From Promethearchaeota archaeon (GTDB lineage: Archaea; Asgardarchaeota; Lokiarchaeia; Sigyniarchaeales; SOKP01), in NCBI GenBank assembly GCA_011364925.1, contig RDOA01000008.1, positions 36,629-100,628 of the forward strand: DNA of 64,000 bases. Direction: 5' to 3'. Within the stretch, counting starts at the first letter, position 1. Every line of letters begins with the position of its first letter. The notes below the pieces were generated by a model. That model searched no databases, had not been told where the DNA came from, and saw only the letters and a list, made by a program, of their open reading frames with translations. Positions 1 to 9,986 of the stretch are shown in pieces. A program made the position numbers and the translations under genes.

Positions 1-190
1 ATTTACTGAAATAGTATTTATTTCCATTTATCCTTACCTTTCGATTAATAATTTTGGTTTGAATGTCCGTAAAATTTAACTTCAAAATATGAATTATGAA
101 CATTTAACTTTTGCTCTAAATATGTTAAGAAACAAGAATAAAAAAAAGTAATTTATTTGTTCAAAAGCATAAATTTCGTTCCCTCAGGGA

Positions 191-1234
191 TTAAATATAT
201 CTTTGGCTAATGTTCGTTTGAAAAAATTGTTCTCTCTGATTCATTCTCCGATTTGTTTGCGTACTACCTCCTCTTTTCGACACAATGTAAAATTGGACTA
301 ACGAGTTTCCATGTACAAGAGTGTTACCTCTCCATTTGCTATCTATAGACTCAAACTCTACAACTTCACCAAGGCCAATACCTTTTCTAGCGCTAAAGTT
401 TAACTTAAGATTTTGTAAAGTCTTAATTAATTGGACTTCGCTTAGATCTGGATTTCCATTAAAAGGTTTGTCTTTAAATCTCAAGGATTCGATCGCAAAC
501 GCTTTAAGGATGTCTTTACTCATTACACCCCAAACTTGTGCGTTTGCGTAAAATTCGATGCCAATAAACTCACCGTTAATAAAGGCTGCGATACCACACT
601 GGTTCTCTACATTTTTAAACGAAGACACGATTTTTTCTGTTTCTCTATCAATATTTTCAGTCATTTCAAGATAACTCTGCGTAGGAGCAATCTTATTATT
701 ATAATTCATCTCAGTTCTATATGCTTGGATTTCGTCCCAAACTGAACCTTGACCCGCAGATGAGATGGCGGCGTACGCAACATTAGGATGGAGTCTCGTG
801 CTCGATGCTTTAAATCCTCTCCCCTTCCGATAGTTCCATCTCGATTGTTCTACACACTTAGCAGGAATCGTGTATTTTTGCTCCATTGATCCTTTATTGG
901 AACCAGATATGTTTTGTTTTCCTCCGGCTGCCAATAGGATTGGTTCCCATATGGTTCGATCTTGTTTTCCCCCGTGAACTGTTACCCCAAATGGGATTAA
1001 AACCTGTTGATCACTATTATTTATAACTTCCAGTTGACTAACCGTATCTGTTTCATTTATACTAATTAAGCCAAGTTCTTCGGCTTCCTTAACGCTGATA
1101 AATTCCAAGGTTTTACCCTTATAAATGATCGGGATTACGGTCATATTACCTTGAGATTGAGGTTTACCAAATTCTAAAACTTCTAATGGCTTTTCAAACA
1201 ACATTTCTACAATTTGAACGCTTATATTCTTCAT
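191..1234 (-). CDS. conserved hypothetical protein (347 aa), no domain recognised
   Basis: Long uninterrupted ORF. Its ATG overlaps the stop of the upstream ArsR-like gene by 4 nt (1231-1234), implying a two-gene operon. Soluble-looking, with no TM segments or NTP-binding motifs seen. Confidence 0.55.
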   Translation of the reverse strand: MKNISVQIVEMLFEKPLEVLEFGKPQSQGNMTVIPIIYKGKTLEFISVKEAEELGLISINETDTVSQLEVINNSDQQVLIPFGVTVHGGKQDRTIWEPILLAAGGKQNISGSNKGSMEQKYTIPAKCVEQSRWNYRKGRGFKASSTRLHPNVAYAAISSAGQGSVWDEIQAYRTEMNYNNKIAPTQSYLEMTENIDRETEKIVSSFKNVENQCGIAAFINGEFIGIEFYANAQVWGVMSKDILKAFAIESLRFKDKPFNGNPDLSEVQLIKTLQNLKLNFSARKGIGLGEVVEFESIDSKWRGNTLVHGNSLVQFYIVSKRGGSTQTNRRMNQREQFFQTNISQRYI

Positions 1235-1665
1235 TTCTCACTTTCCTCCTTTTTATTAATTTTGCGTTCTTTTTTATGCACTTCATCAAAATTAGCTTCT
1301 TCATAAAGAGGGTCTATAAATTGGTTAGCAATTTCTTTTCCGTTTTTTGTTAGTTCAACCCCATAAGAGATTTTCAATTTTCCAGTGTCAGTTACCTTAT
1401 CAACAGTTGCGCCTTTTAATTTTGAAGCTTCTTCCTCTGAAACTTCCATTTTTTGAGTTCTAATGATTCCTCCTCTCTTAAGCGCCCCAATATGATAATT
1501 AATGTTTTGACGTTCTACTTCCAGTTTATTTGCCAAGTCCACAGCTCGTTGAGACCTTGTTGAAAGCTCCCTAAGTATTTCTACTCTCATAGGATTTCGA
1601 AACACAAGACCTACCTTTTCAAAGATTGGCTTTTTTTTTTCTTTTTTTTCATTTTTTTCTGGCAT
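1231..1665 (-). CDS. ArsR/SmtB-type winged helix-turn-helix transcriptional regulator
   Basis: RNPMRVEILRELSTRSQRAVDLANKLEVERQNINYHIGALKRGGII is a typical ArsR-family wHTH. The protein has K/E-rich termini. Confidence 0.7.
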   Translation of the reverse strand: MPEKNEKKEKKKPIFEKVGLVFRNPMRVEILRELSTRSQRAVDLANKLEVERQNINYHIGALKRGGIIRTQKMEVSEEEASKLKGATVDKVTDTGKLKISYGVELTKNGKEIANQFIDPLYEEANFDEVHKKERKINKKEESEK

Positions 1666-1835
1666 AAAAAATCACAATCGTTTTTTACTGTAAAAATCTT
1701 TTTTACTATAAAAACAATTATTACTTTTCCTATTTAAATATTTGTATCCCCTACAAATTTTTTGTGGAAAAATAAGATTAAACAAAAAGCAGATATAATG
1801 AAGGATTGGTGATCCCTAAAAATTAAAATTTTTAT

Positions 1836-2057
1836 TTAAATGTCAATAGTGACCTTTTCTTGAGCGAAAGCATTTGAAGTTCTAACACCATTCCTAAAGG
1901 AAATCAATTTCCCTCGTTTCATATCCTTTAACTTCTCTAAATCATTAAAAATGTTCCTTTTTAAAAATAAATTAAGATATTTACCCTCATATAATGTCAT
2001 ATCTAACGATTGAAGAAACTCAGGATGACGAAAAATTTTCCAATTGATGTTTTGCAT
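1836..2057 (-). CDS. small hypothetical protein (73 aa)
   Basis: Only an isolated ORF in an otherwise empty 600-bp gap. No motif recognised. Confidence 0.3.
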   Translation of the reverse strand: MQNINWKIFRHPEFLQSLDMTLYEGKYLNLFLKRNIFNDLEKLKDMKRGKLISFRNGVRTSNAFAQEKVTIDI

Positions 2058-2261
2058 AGTATTACTGGAATAAAAGTTCGGGATTATAAAGAAGATGACA
2101 CTGAGAGTTTTCTATTATTTCGAGTTCTTATAACAAACAAGTTCTAATTCGAATAATTTAACTTAGTTGATACTTTTTCTAACCAAATTAGGATATTTTT
2201 ATTTATGGACCCAGCTAAAATTGGGATGTTTACGTTCATCAATAAATAATTATACGGAAGC

Positions 2262-3737
2262 ATGGTAATGGAAAATTCAGATATAATTCACACGTTTTTG
2301 CACCCAAAATCTGTTGCTGTTATTGGAGCCTCAAAGAAATTAGCAAAGGGAGGGTTTCGAATAACAACCAATCTCATTACTAACAATTTTAAAGGAAAAG
2401 TTTACCTTGTCAATCCTAATGCAAAAGGTAATCTATACAATCTAGAATTCAAAAAGTCTATTTTGGACATCGAGGATGATATAGATATTGCGATATTTTA
2501 CGTTCCAAATCGATTTATTCCTCATCTTCTGGAAGAATGTATAGAAAAGGGGGTTAAAGGTGCTATAATTGAGGCATCAGGGTTCGAAGAAGTCGGTAGT
2601 AAAGGATTGGAGTTAAAAAAAAAACTTATAGAAATTACAGATAATTTCACAAAAATACGAATCTTAGGTCCTAATTGCATGGGATTAAGCACTTTTATTG
2701 GCGATAGTGACAGCGAACAAAAAGAAGCCTTTTTTTCTGGATTTGGGCCTTTTTCAACTTTTAAAAGGGGGAACATAGGATTAATTAGTCAATCAGGAAT
2801 GTTGAATGGGGGTTACTTAATGCACATAATGACGCAGTATCCTCATTTAGGATTCAGATATTCGTGTTCAATCGGAAATAAGACTGACATTAGCGAATTA
2901 GAGTTTTTAGAATACATGTTATCTGATGACACGGTAAATGTCATTGCGATATACCTAGAATCCTTTAAAGATCCGAGGAAATTTATAGAACTGTGTAAAA
3001 AAGCTAAATCCATGCCAAACAAAACGATTATTTTACTTAGAGGCGGAGTAACTAGCCAGGGTCAAAAAGCTACGCGTAGTCATACCGGTTCAATGGCTGA
3101 AAACGCGCGATTAATCCAAGGAATTATTAAGCAATCGGGCGTGATTTATGTAAATAATTTTTACGAATTATTTCAGTTTGCTCGGTCGTTTTCGATCATG
3201 TATAAAACGGGACAAGCATTTCCTAAAAAGGGGAATGTTTCGTTTTTAGCGGGTTCTGGAGGTGCTGGGACATTAATCGCCGATCTTACTATGATACACG
3301 GTTTAAAGCTCCCAATTTTACACGATAAAACGTATAGTGTTCTCGTAGAAGTTTTCCCAGAGTGGATGCCTCCAAATAGGTTTGCGTTTGTAGACATTTG
3401 GCCGGCAATGGAAAAAGCCATGATGCGTAGGGAAAAACCAGAAGTTGTTTTAAGCAGAGTTTATAAAGCTTTAATAGAGGATCCTAATGTAGAGGGAATA
3501 TTTAACATGTTATTTTGTTCAAAACAATTCAATGCGCTAAATGATATCGACGAACTCATCAAGGTAGCAGAAAAATCTCCAAAACCCTTTTATTTCTGGT
3601 TAGTTGGCGAAGCAAAGGAGGTGCAAAGAATTTCTGATCAGTTAGGAAAACACAATATCCTTGATTTCCCCAGTTTAGAAGATATGGTTAAAAACTTTAA
3701 GACCTTGGTTCAAAACTCGAATAACTTTATAAATTAA
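2262..3737 (+). CDS. CoA-binding protein, ADP-forming acetyl-CoA synthetase (ACD) alpha-subunit-like
   Basis: N-terminal CoA-binding signature LHPKSVAVIGASKK. Succinyl-CoA-ligase-like phosphohistidine segment ATRSHTGSMAEN. No adjacent ATP-grasp beta subunit. Confidence 0.8.
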   Translation: MVMENSDIIHTFLHPKSVAVIGASKKLAKGGFRITTNLITNNFKGKVYLVNPNAKGNLYNLEFKKSILDIEDDIDIAIFYVPNRFIPHLLEECIEKGVKGAIIEASGFEEVGSKGLELKKKLIEITDNFTKIRILGPNCMGLSTFIGDSDSEQKEAFFSGFGPFSTFKRGNIGLISQSGMLNGGYLMHIMTQYPHLGFRYSCSIGNKTDISELEFLEYMLSDDTVNVIAIYLESFKDPRKFIELCKKAKSMPNKTIILLRGGVTSQGQKATRSHTGSMAENARLIQGIIKQSGVIYVNNFYELFQFARSFSIMYKTGQAFPKKGNVSFLAGSGGAGTLIADLTMIHGLKLPILHDKTYSVLVEVFPEWMPPNRFAFVDIWPAMEKAMMRREKPEVVLSRVYKALIEDPNVEGIFNMLFCSKQFNALNDIDELIKVAEKSPKPFYFWLVGEAKEVQRISDQLGKHNILDFPSLEDMVKNFKTLVQNSNNFIN

Positions 3738-3783
3738 CTCTCTAATCTTCCGATTACCCTAAATAAAAAAAAAAAAATAATCT

Positions 3784-4494
3784 CTATAAAATCTCCTTAT
3801 TTTTCTGTAACTTCCAAACTCCAAATCCTTGAACTAAAAAACAGAGTAAGAAGGAATATTGAGAGATTTTTTGCATAGATGCTTGTAATATTAATCCGTC
3901 CAGAGTTATGGATTTTGGTATACTGATCAATACTATTGTATAGATCGCTGCGACAGCTAACAGCGCGACATAAACAAAACCATACAAGTTAGGATAGTCA
4001 TTATTGTAGAAAACTGCGATTGTAAAAAACAATATACCCACTATGCCAGTAATATTGAACAAATTCGCAAACATTAAATGCGTTCTATTAAAAAGATCCC
4101 AGGGAGTAAAAATAGTTACGATCAAGAATACAACTGAAGTTAGGCTAATTAAAGATCCAATTCTGGCTATTAAATACTGTTTTTTATCTTTTTTAAAATA
4201 CGATGAGAATATTAGAGCGAAGGGTATAAAGGAAAAGCTTAGAATTAATGCTGTAATTGTAAAAATTGTAAATGATACGAAATTTGGAGCCCCAGATAGT
4301 GCAAATACGCGCCCTAAATCGCTAAAGAAGTTTCCCCAGAAATAATATCCTGGACTTAAAGGATTTACCAAAGTGCCTCCCGCGTAAAAAAACATCGCTA
4401 TCGCCGTAAAAACTATATATTGTGTGGGTCCAAAAATTATAGATACCGACGCAAATAGTTTCCAATTTTTAATCATCTTCAATAAAACCACCAT
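3784..4494 (-). CDS. polytopic membrane protein, unknown function
   Basis: 236 aa with about 6 hydrophobic helices. Confidence 0.6.
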   Translation of the reverse strand: MVVLLKMIKNWKLFASVSIIFGPTQYIVFTAIAMFFYAGGTLVNPLSPGYYFWGNFFSDLGRVFALSGAPNFVSFTIFTITALILSFSFIPFALIFSSYFKKDKKQYLIARIGSLISLTSVVFLIVTIFTPWDLFNRTHLMFANLFNITGIVGILFFTIAVFYNNDYPNLYGFVYVALLAVAAIYTIVLISIPKSITLDGLILQASMQKISQYSFLLCFLVQGFGVWKLQKNKEIL

Positions 4495-4632
4495 AAAGTT
4501 ATTTGCATAATAATTTTAAATTAATATTTTTAAAGCTCGAAAATAATACATCGTGCTATAACTATCCTTAGAATTAAAAAAATCAAAAAAAAGGTTAAAA
4601 TCAACTCTAACTCATGTCGTTAAATCCGTATC

Positions 4633-5451
4633 CTACGCGTATTTAGGTTTTGAAATGAAACCTATAAATATGAGTAAATTGACGCCAATATCGATTAATT
4701 CAGCAATAATTCCAAAAGATAGGTTTGCGTTAATTAAGATCGTTCGGACTAAATTTGAGATCAGAAAACATATAAACGCTAATCCAATAATTAATCCATG
4801 TGCTTGGGTAAGCCGTTTGTTTTTATACATAAACAAAAACATGAACGCAATCGCAATATAGCTTAAAATCGTGATGAATGGAAACACGAGGTTAAGAAAG
4901 TTTAATGTGGGCGCTAATACGATAATCAAAGCTGTTACTATAACAAACCCAAGCATAATCCTCAATCTTAGCTTGCTAAACTGCTTCTTATTCATCTCTT
5001 TATCCTTATTCATGTTAATGTAGACAAGAACTGCTTCTAAACCGATATATAATATCGGAATTAAGTTTACGATGATTACGAAAAACCTGATTTTTGTTAA
5101 AAGCAAAACAAATTCAGTACTAAAGGTTCCAGATATAATTACTAAATTGTAAAAGATATCATAGACTTTTGCGCAAGTAAGTATTCCAAAAAAGGCTCCG
5201 AATAAAAAATAAGCATCTGATAGATATATTGCTTCTTGCTTAAACCATTTTCGAAAAAGAACGAACGACAATACTCCTAATATCAAGATTCTCACGAGTA
5301 TTGCCACTAAGCCTATCCACAGACCTTCAATGCCAAAAAACGCTGCAACTAAGCTAGACCAATACAAAGAGAACAATACGCTAAAGAAAATCATTAAAAC
5401 AAGAATTAAGGCAAAAATGCTGCAAATAAATTTTTTTCGTTTACTCTCCAT
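4633..5451 (-). CDS. polytopic membrane protein, unknown function
   Basis: 272 aa with about 8 hydrophobic helices. Confidence 0.6.
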   Translation of the reverse strand: MESKRKKFICSIFALILVLMIFFSVLFSLYWSSLVAAFFGIEGLWIGLVAILVRILILGVLSFVLFRKWFKQEAIYLSDAYFLFGAFFGILTCAKVYDIFYNLVIISGTFSTEFVLLLTKIRFFVIIVNLIPILYIGLEAVLVYINMNKDKEMNKKQFSKLRLRIMLGFVIVTALIIVLAPTLNFLNLVFPFITILSYIAIAFMFLFMYKNKRLTQAHGLIIGLAFICFLISNLVRTILINANLSFGIIAELIDIGVNLLIFIGFISKPKYA

Positions 5452-5661
5452 TATTAAAAACCTTTTAACAACGATTATGTGTCTATTTTTTTTTCTAAAA
5501 TATTTTAACTATTCTAAACATAATTTTGTAAATAGCTTTTAAAAACCCGAATTTTTTTCCATTGGCTTAATTTTAAGAAGATGAATTTCTATTATTTAAG
5601 AAAGAGTTTAGCTAAACATAAGATTATTTAGGGAAATATCTGCGTAGAATAAGGGTTGGGT

Positions 5662-7035
5662 ATGGTTTATTTTAAAATTAATGGATTAGGATATAACTGC
5701 GGTTATATCGAAAGTAAATGCCCAAAAGAAAAGACTTCTTGTATTGAATGCATTAAAGATCGTTTAAGAGATCTTGGATTTGAATTTGATTCGACAATAG
5801 AAATCTTTAAACTCGATTCTATCGAAAAACAGTTAGAGTTAGAAAGAGATACCATTTGGCAAAAATTTTTGGATGTATTAAACATTAAGCACATTCTAAT
5901 AATGGACAAGGAATCAGGATTAACCGTGATAAACTACACAGTATCAGGAGTAGATGTTGATGTAGAGCTTCTGAGTGGGTTTATACAAGCTAATATAACA
6001 TTTTCTGAATCAGGAGAAGCGTCTAAGCAAAACCTCGTATCCTCTTACGAAAATCTTTTTTACGAATTCCAATATAAAAGTTTTAATATTCTGCTTAAAG
6101 ATGGGAATCATGTTCGAATTTGCTTAATACTCGACCATAAGGCGTCTAATAAACTTCGAAATCACACATTTCGATTTGTAGAGGAATTTGAAGAGAAATT
6201 TGAAGAGGAACTTATTACTTTACGAAACACTGGTTCTATTAATTTCAATAACATGATAGATGATATTGTGGATAGTTTTAACATAAATCTTACATTTCCA
6301 ATGACTTTAGTACACTCAATTCCGCCATATGAGTTAGAAAAAGTAAAAAGAAGCATACTGCAGAAAGCGATATTTAATTTAGCAAAAGAAATGCTTGCGG
6401 TAAAACCGTTCTTCTTTATATACAACATGCTACAGCGTATTAAGAAAATTGTAAATATCGATGATGAAGTTATCCTCTTTGAGATTCACCAACTCTTAGA
6501 AAGACAAATCATTACTCCAACACCTATAGAAGCGATTGCAGATACCATAGAATCTGGTCAGTTGGCTGATAAGAAGAAAGAAACTAAAACTAGTTCAATA
6601 TCATCTATTATTATAAGTAAAACGGATACTGATGAACTAAAAAGCAAATTAGACACAATGGACAAATTTTCAGCACAGAAGTTAATTAAGGAATTGATGC
6701 GAAAAGCTAAAGCAGCAGAAAAAGAATCAACTTATCAAGTAACTCTTAACGAATACAATAAAGCTTTATTTATAGCTAAGGACTTTAAACTCAAAGATGA
6801 GATTAGCAAGATTAACCAAAAAATCTTTAATTTAGAGCACAAATCTAAAAATATAGAATTAGACTTTAATATTGAAAAAGCAGAAAATGCTGAAAAATAT
6901 GGCGATTTTATCAACAGCATCAATTATTATCAAAAAGCTTTAGAAATCCTTGACGAATTCATAGTTTATAATATTATCGACCCTAGAATAAAGAAGTTTA
7001 AGAAAAAAATCGCACAACTTCGAGAAGAGATCTGA
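5662..7035 (+). CDS. longin/roadblock-like domain protein with N-terminal 4-Cys cluster and C-terminal helical (TPR/MIT-like) region
   Basis: The ORF track starts at TTG 5656; the first ATG is at 5662 (MVYFKING). Cys cluster C-x6-C-x6-C-x2-C. The segment ILIMDKESGLTVINYTVSG..LLSGFIQANITFSE..HVRICLILD resembles longin/roadblock folds. K/E-rich helical C-terminus. Confidence 0.6.
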   Translation: MVYFKINGLGYNCGYIESKCPKEKTSCIECIKDRLRDLGFEFDSTIEIFKLDSIEKQLELERDTIWQKFLDVLNIKHILIMDKESGLTVINYTVSGVDVDVELLSGFIQANITFSESGEASKQNLVSSYENLFYEFQYKSFNILLKDGNHVRICLILDHKASNKLRNHTFRFVEEFEEKFEEELITLRNTGSINFNNMIDDIVDSFNINLTFPMTLVHSIPPYELEKVKRSILQKAIFNLAKEMLAVKPFFFIYNMLQRIKKIVNIDDEVILFEIHQLLERQIITPTPIEAIADTIESGQLADKKKETKTSSISSIIISKTDTDELKSKLDTMDKFSAQKLIKELMRKAKAAEKESTYQVTLNEYNKALFIAKDFKLKDEISKINQKIFNLEHKSKNIELDFNIEKAENAEKYGDFINSINYYQKALEILDEFIVYNIIDPRIKKFKKKIAQLREEI

Positions 7036-7167
7036 TCTTCATTTATAGATACTGCTGTAGAATCAAACATGCTTTTATTAACCTAAAACCTTTTTTACGT
7101 GTTAATATTACACAATTTAACTGAAACAGAACTGTTTGAATTTTAATATAAATAATTTGCACTCATT

Positions 7168-7674
7168 ATGGAAACAGTAAAAATCATCGTTTCTGGAGAT
7201 GGCGGAGTAGGAAAAACGTCATTTTTGAATCGTTTAGTCAATAATAGTTTTGACGATTTTAGTGAATTAACAAAAGGCGTCGATTTTTACTCAAAAAGGA
7301 TATTTGTTAATGGAACCGAATTTAATTTCATAATGTGGGATTTTGCTGGCCAAGATCGATTTAAAACATTGTTAAACGACTTTGTTGAAGGTTCACTTGC
7401 TGCTTTTATTCTTTTTGACTTATCAAGAATTAATACCATAGAAAATGTATATGAGTGGATAATTAATTTAGAATCATTCGGACAAATTCCTATAATATTA
7501 ATAGGAACAAAGGTGGACTTGATAACCCCATATCAATCCCAAACAATTGATACTTACATCTCAGAAATTAAGAAAGAGTATGAGAATGTAATCTCTTATA
7601 TAAAAATATCATCGAAGACTGGGGAAAATATAAAAAATGCTTTTGAAATTTTAATAGGAAATTTGTTTCGATAA
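7168..7674 (+). CDS. small GTPase, Rab/Ras-like (minimal 168 aa)
   Basis: G1 GDGGVGKTS, G3 WDFAGQDRF, G4 GTKVDL, G5 SSKTG. No C-terminal Cys or prenylation motif. Confidence 0.85.
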   Translation: METVKIIVSGDGGVGKTSFLNRLVNNSFDDFSELTKGVDFYSKRIFVNGTEFNFIMWDFAGQDRFKTLLNDFVEGSLAAFILFDLSRINTIENVYEWIINLESFGQIPIILIGTKVDLITPYQSQTIDTYISEIKKEYENVISYIKISSKTGENIKNAFEILIGNLFR

Positions 7675-7699
7675 ATAATTCTCCATATAGATGGAATAG

Positions 7700-8725
7700 T
7701 TACACTTTTTCAACCCATCCAAATTCATCCTTTATGTCTAAACGTTGAATTCCCACGAGAAGCTCATATAATTTACGCGTAAATTCCCCCGGTTCCCCTT
7801 CACTAAAAATCCTTTTTTTATCGTCTACCGCAACAGATTTAATCGGAGTGATAACAGCCGCTGTACCTGAGCAGAAAGTTTCGGTACAAGAATCTTCAAA
7901 TAATTCTTTATATGAAATGTCCCTTTCTTCAGTGTTCATACCAATTTTCTTTGAAGCTAGCTCTAGTATTGATTTTCGAGTAATACCAGGTAAAATCGTT
8001 CCTGCAGCTTTGGGTGTAGTAAGAACCCCATTAATCACAGCAAAAAAATTGGCAGTTCCTACCTCGTCGATGAACTCCATATGGACGGCGTCTAGGAATA
8101 TTACTTGGGCAAACCCCTTTTCCTTCGTTTCTTTTGCGGGTAACATTGACCCCGCGTAATTACAACACGTTTTAGATGCTCCTGTTCCCCCAGGAGCGGC
8201 TCTGGTGTATTTTTTAGTGATTTCTAAATCTATACCCTTAAAGCCTTCTGGAAAATAAGGTCCTACAGGAACTGTAAAAATTATTAATTTATATTCTTTA
8301 GCGGGTTTAACTCCAACTATAGGTCCCGTTCCTATCATCAGAGGGCGAATATAGAGTGCTCCACCACTATCGTAAGGAGGTATAAAATCCGTGTTTGCTT
8401 TTACTACTTCTTTTACAGCAGAAACAAAATCGTCCGTATTATAATTCGGCATTAATAATCGGTCAGCACTGTCGTTAAACCTTTTTGCGTTTTCAATAGG
8501 TCTAAAAAGCACTATCTCACCATTTTTCGTCTTTAAAGCCTTCATCCCTTCAAAAATTCCCTGTCCATAGTTCAAAATGCAAGCAGCGGGAGATATTTCA
8601 AAATTTCCGAAAGGAACTAATCTTCCTTTATCCCATTTACCATCCTTATAATCTGAAACAAACATTTCTTTGGTTTTAATAAAGTCGAACCCTAAAGAAT
8701 AATAGTCAATATCATTAGCATCCAT
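7700..8725 (-). CDS. ilvE: branched-chain amino acid aminotransferase (class IV PLP enzyme)
   Basis: FEGMKA, YIRP and GTGASKTCCNYAGS motifs typical of BCAT. The ORF track begins at TTG 8734; the first ATG is at 8725 (MDANDIDYY). Confidence 0.85.
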   Translation of the reverse strand: MDANDIDYYSLGFDFIKTKEMFVSDYKDGKWDKGRLVPFGNFEISPAACILNYGQGIFEGMKALKTKNGEIVLFRPIENAKRFNDSADRLLMPNYNTDDFVSAVKEVVKANTDFIPPYDSGGALYIRPLMIGTGPIVGVKPAKEYKLIIFTVPVGPYFPEGFKGIDLEITKKYTRAAPGGTGASKTCCNYAGSMLPAKETKEKGFAQVIFLDAVHMEFIDEVGTANFFAVINGVLTTPKAAGTILPGITRKSILELASKKIGMNTEERDISYKELFEDSCTETFCSGTAAVITPIKSVAVDDKKRIFSEGEPGEFTRKLYELLVGIQRLDIKDEFGWVEKV

Positions 8726-8924
8726 AAATATCAAATCAATGTTTTATTTATCAGATTTATTTAATGAAGAGTTCACTAAAAAACCTTATTGATAATACTA
8801 AGGGTATTTTCAAACGAATATTAATTATAGGTTATCAGAAAAATCAATAAAGATAAATAAAAAAAATTTGATTTATAAATTAATTTTAAATTTGCCTTTT
8901 AAACGAAATTAACGCCTAAGAATT

Positions 8925-9869
8925 ATGGCTGTAATACCCCGCAAATCTAACGAGTTTAAACTGGTTATTGCAGGATTGGATAACGCTGGTAAAACGAGCG
9001 CTCTAATAGCGTTAAGACAAAAATATAATTTTTACGAGCGAGTCAAGAATTTAAAACCAACGATAAAAATTGATTATAGCTCCTTTAAATTTCTTAATAA
9101 ATACCGAATTAATCTCTGGGATATGGGAGGACAAAAAAAATTCAGAAAGATCTATATTAATAATCCGATTTATTTTGAAGACACAGATTACATTTATTAT
9201 CTTATAGACATTCAAGATGAAGTCAAATTTGAGGAAGCTATTGAATATCTCCACGAATTACTTAAAATCTTTAGGAATCTGGCTTATCCTAACGAAGTAA
9301 TAGTCTGTTTTAACAAGTACGATCCCCAATTCAGAAATAACGAGGAATTTAGAGATCGAACAGATATGATTAAAAATTTGGTCAAATCACAAAACAAAGA
9401 TATTAAATTTGAATTTTATAACACATCATATTACGACATTTCATCGATTTCGAAAGCATTGTCTCGCTCGTTAAATAGTTTGTTAAATTTAAATGAAATA
9501 GATAACGGTTTAAATAATTTAGTAAGTAACTTTAATTGTAGATATGCAATATTATACACAGATTCAGGAATCATTATTTCTGATCATTATTTAGACACTA
9601 TGGACATAAGAGAGTTTGAAGATAAAATAAGCCATAAAATTAGCGGGGATCTTGAATTCTTTCAGATGTTAAAGGATGAAAATGTTAATATCGACGATAG
9701 AATCACATTTTCCCATGATAAAACTGACTATGTTAAAAAATTTTCAATCCTATCAGAGAATATGGACAATACTCTGTATATTGGGGTAAGTACGACAGTT
9801 AATAGTATTAATGAGGTTAAAATCGAATTAGAAAAACTAAGTAATGTCTTACAAACAAGTTTTGTATAA
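8925..9869 (+). CDS. Arf-motif GTPase with C-terminal roadblock-like domain (Rag/Gtr-like architecture)
   Basis: G1 GLDNAGKTS, G3 WDMGGQKKF, G4 NKYD in the first ~180 aa. The C-terminal ~130 aa (CRYAILYTDSGIIISDHY..ITFSHDKTDYVKKFSIL..TLYIGVSTT) has an alternating beta/alpha roadblock-like pattern. At 314 aa, its length and layout mirror eukaryotic RagA/Gtr1. Confidence 0.7.
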   Translation: MAVIPRKSNEFKLVIAGLDNAGKTSALIALRQKYNFYERVKNLKPTIKIDYSSFKFLNKYRINLWDMGGQKKFRKIYINNPIYFEDTDYIYYLIDIQDEVKFEEAIEYLHELLKIFRNLAYPNEVIVCFNKYDPQFRNNEEFRDRTDMIKNLVKSQNKDIKFEFYNTSYYDISSISKALSRSLNSLLNLNEIDNGLNNLVSNFNCRYAILYTDSGIIISDHYLDTMDIREFEDKISHKISGDLEFFQMLKDENVNIDDRITFSHDKTDYVKKFSILSENMDNTLYIGVSTTVNSINEVKIELEKLSNVLQTSFV

Positions 9870-9986
9870 ACATAATGGAAACCAGATGTACTATTATTTA
9901 ATTCGATTTTGACCCATTTGACCTTTTTTCTATTAAGTCTCACACTCAATCAAAAGCTTTTTCTTGAGTATAGGTTTTCTTCATTT

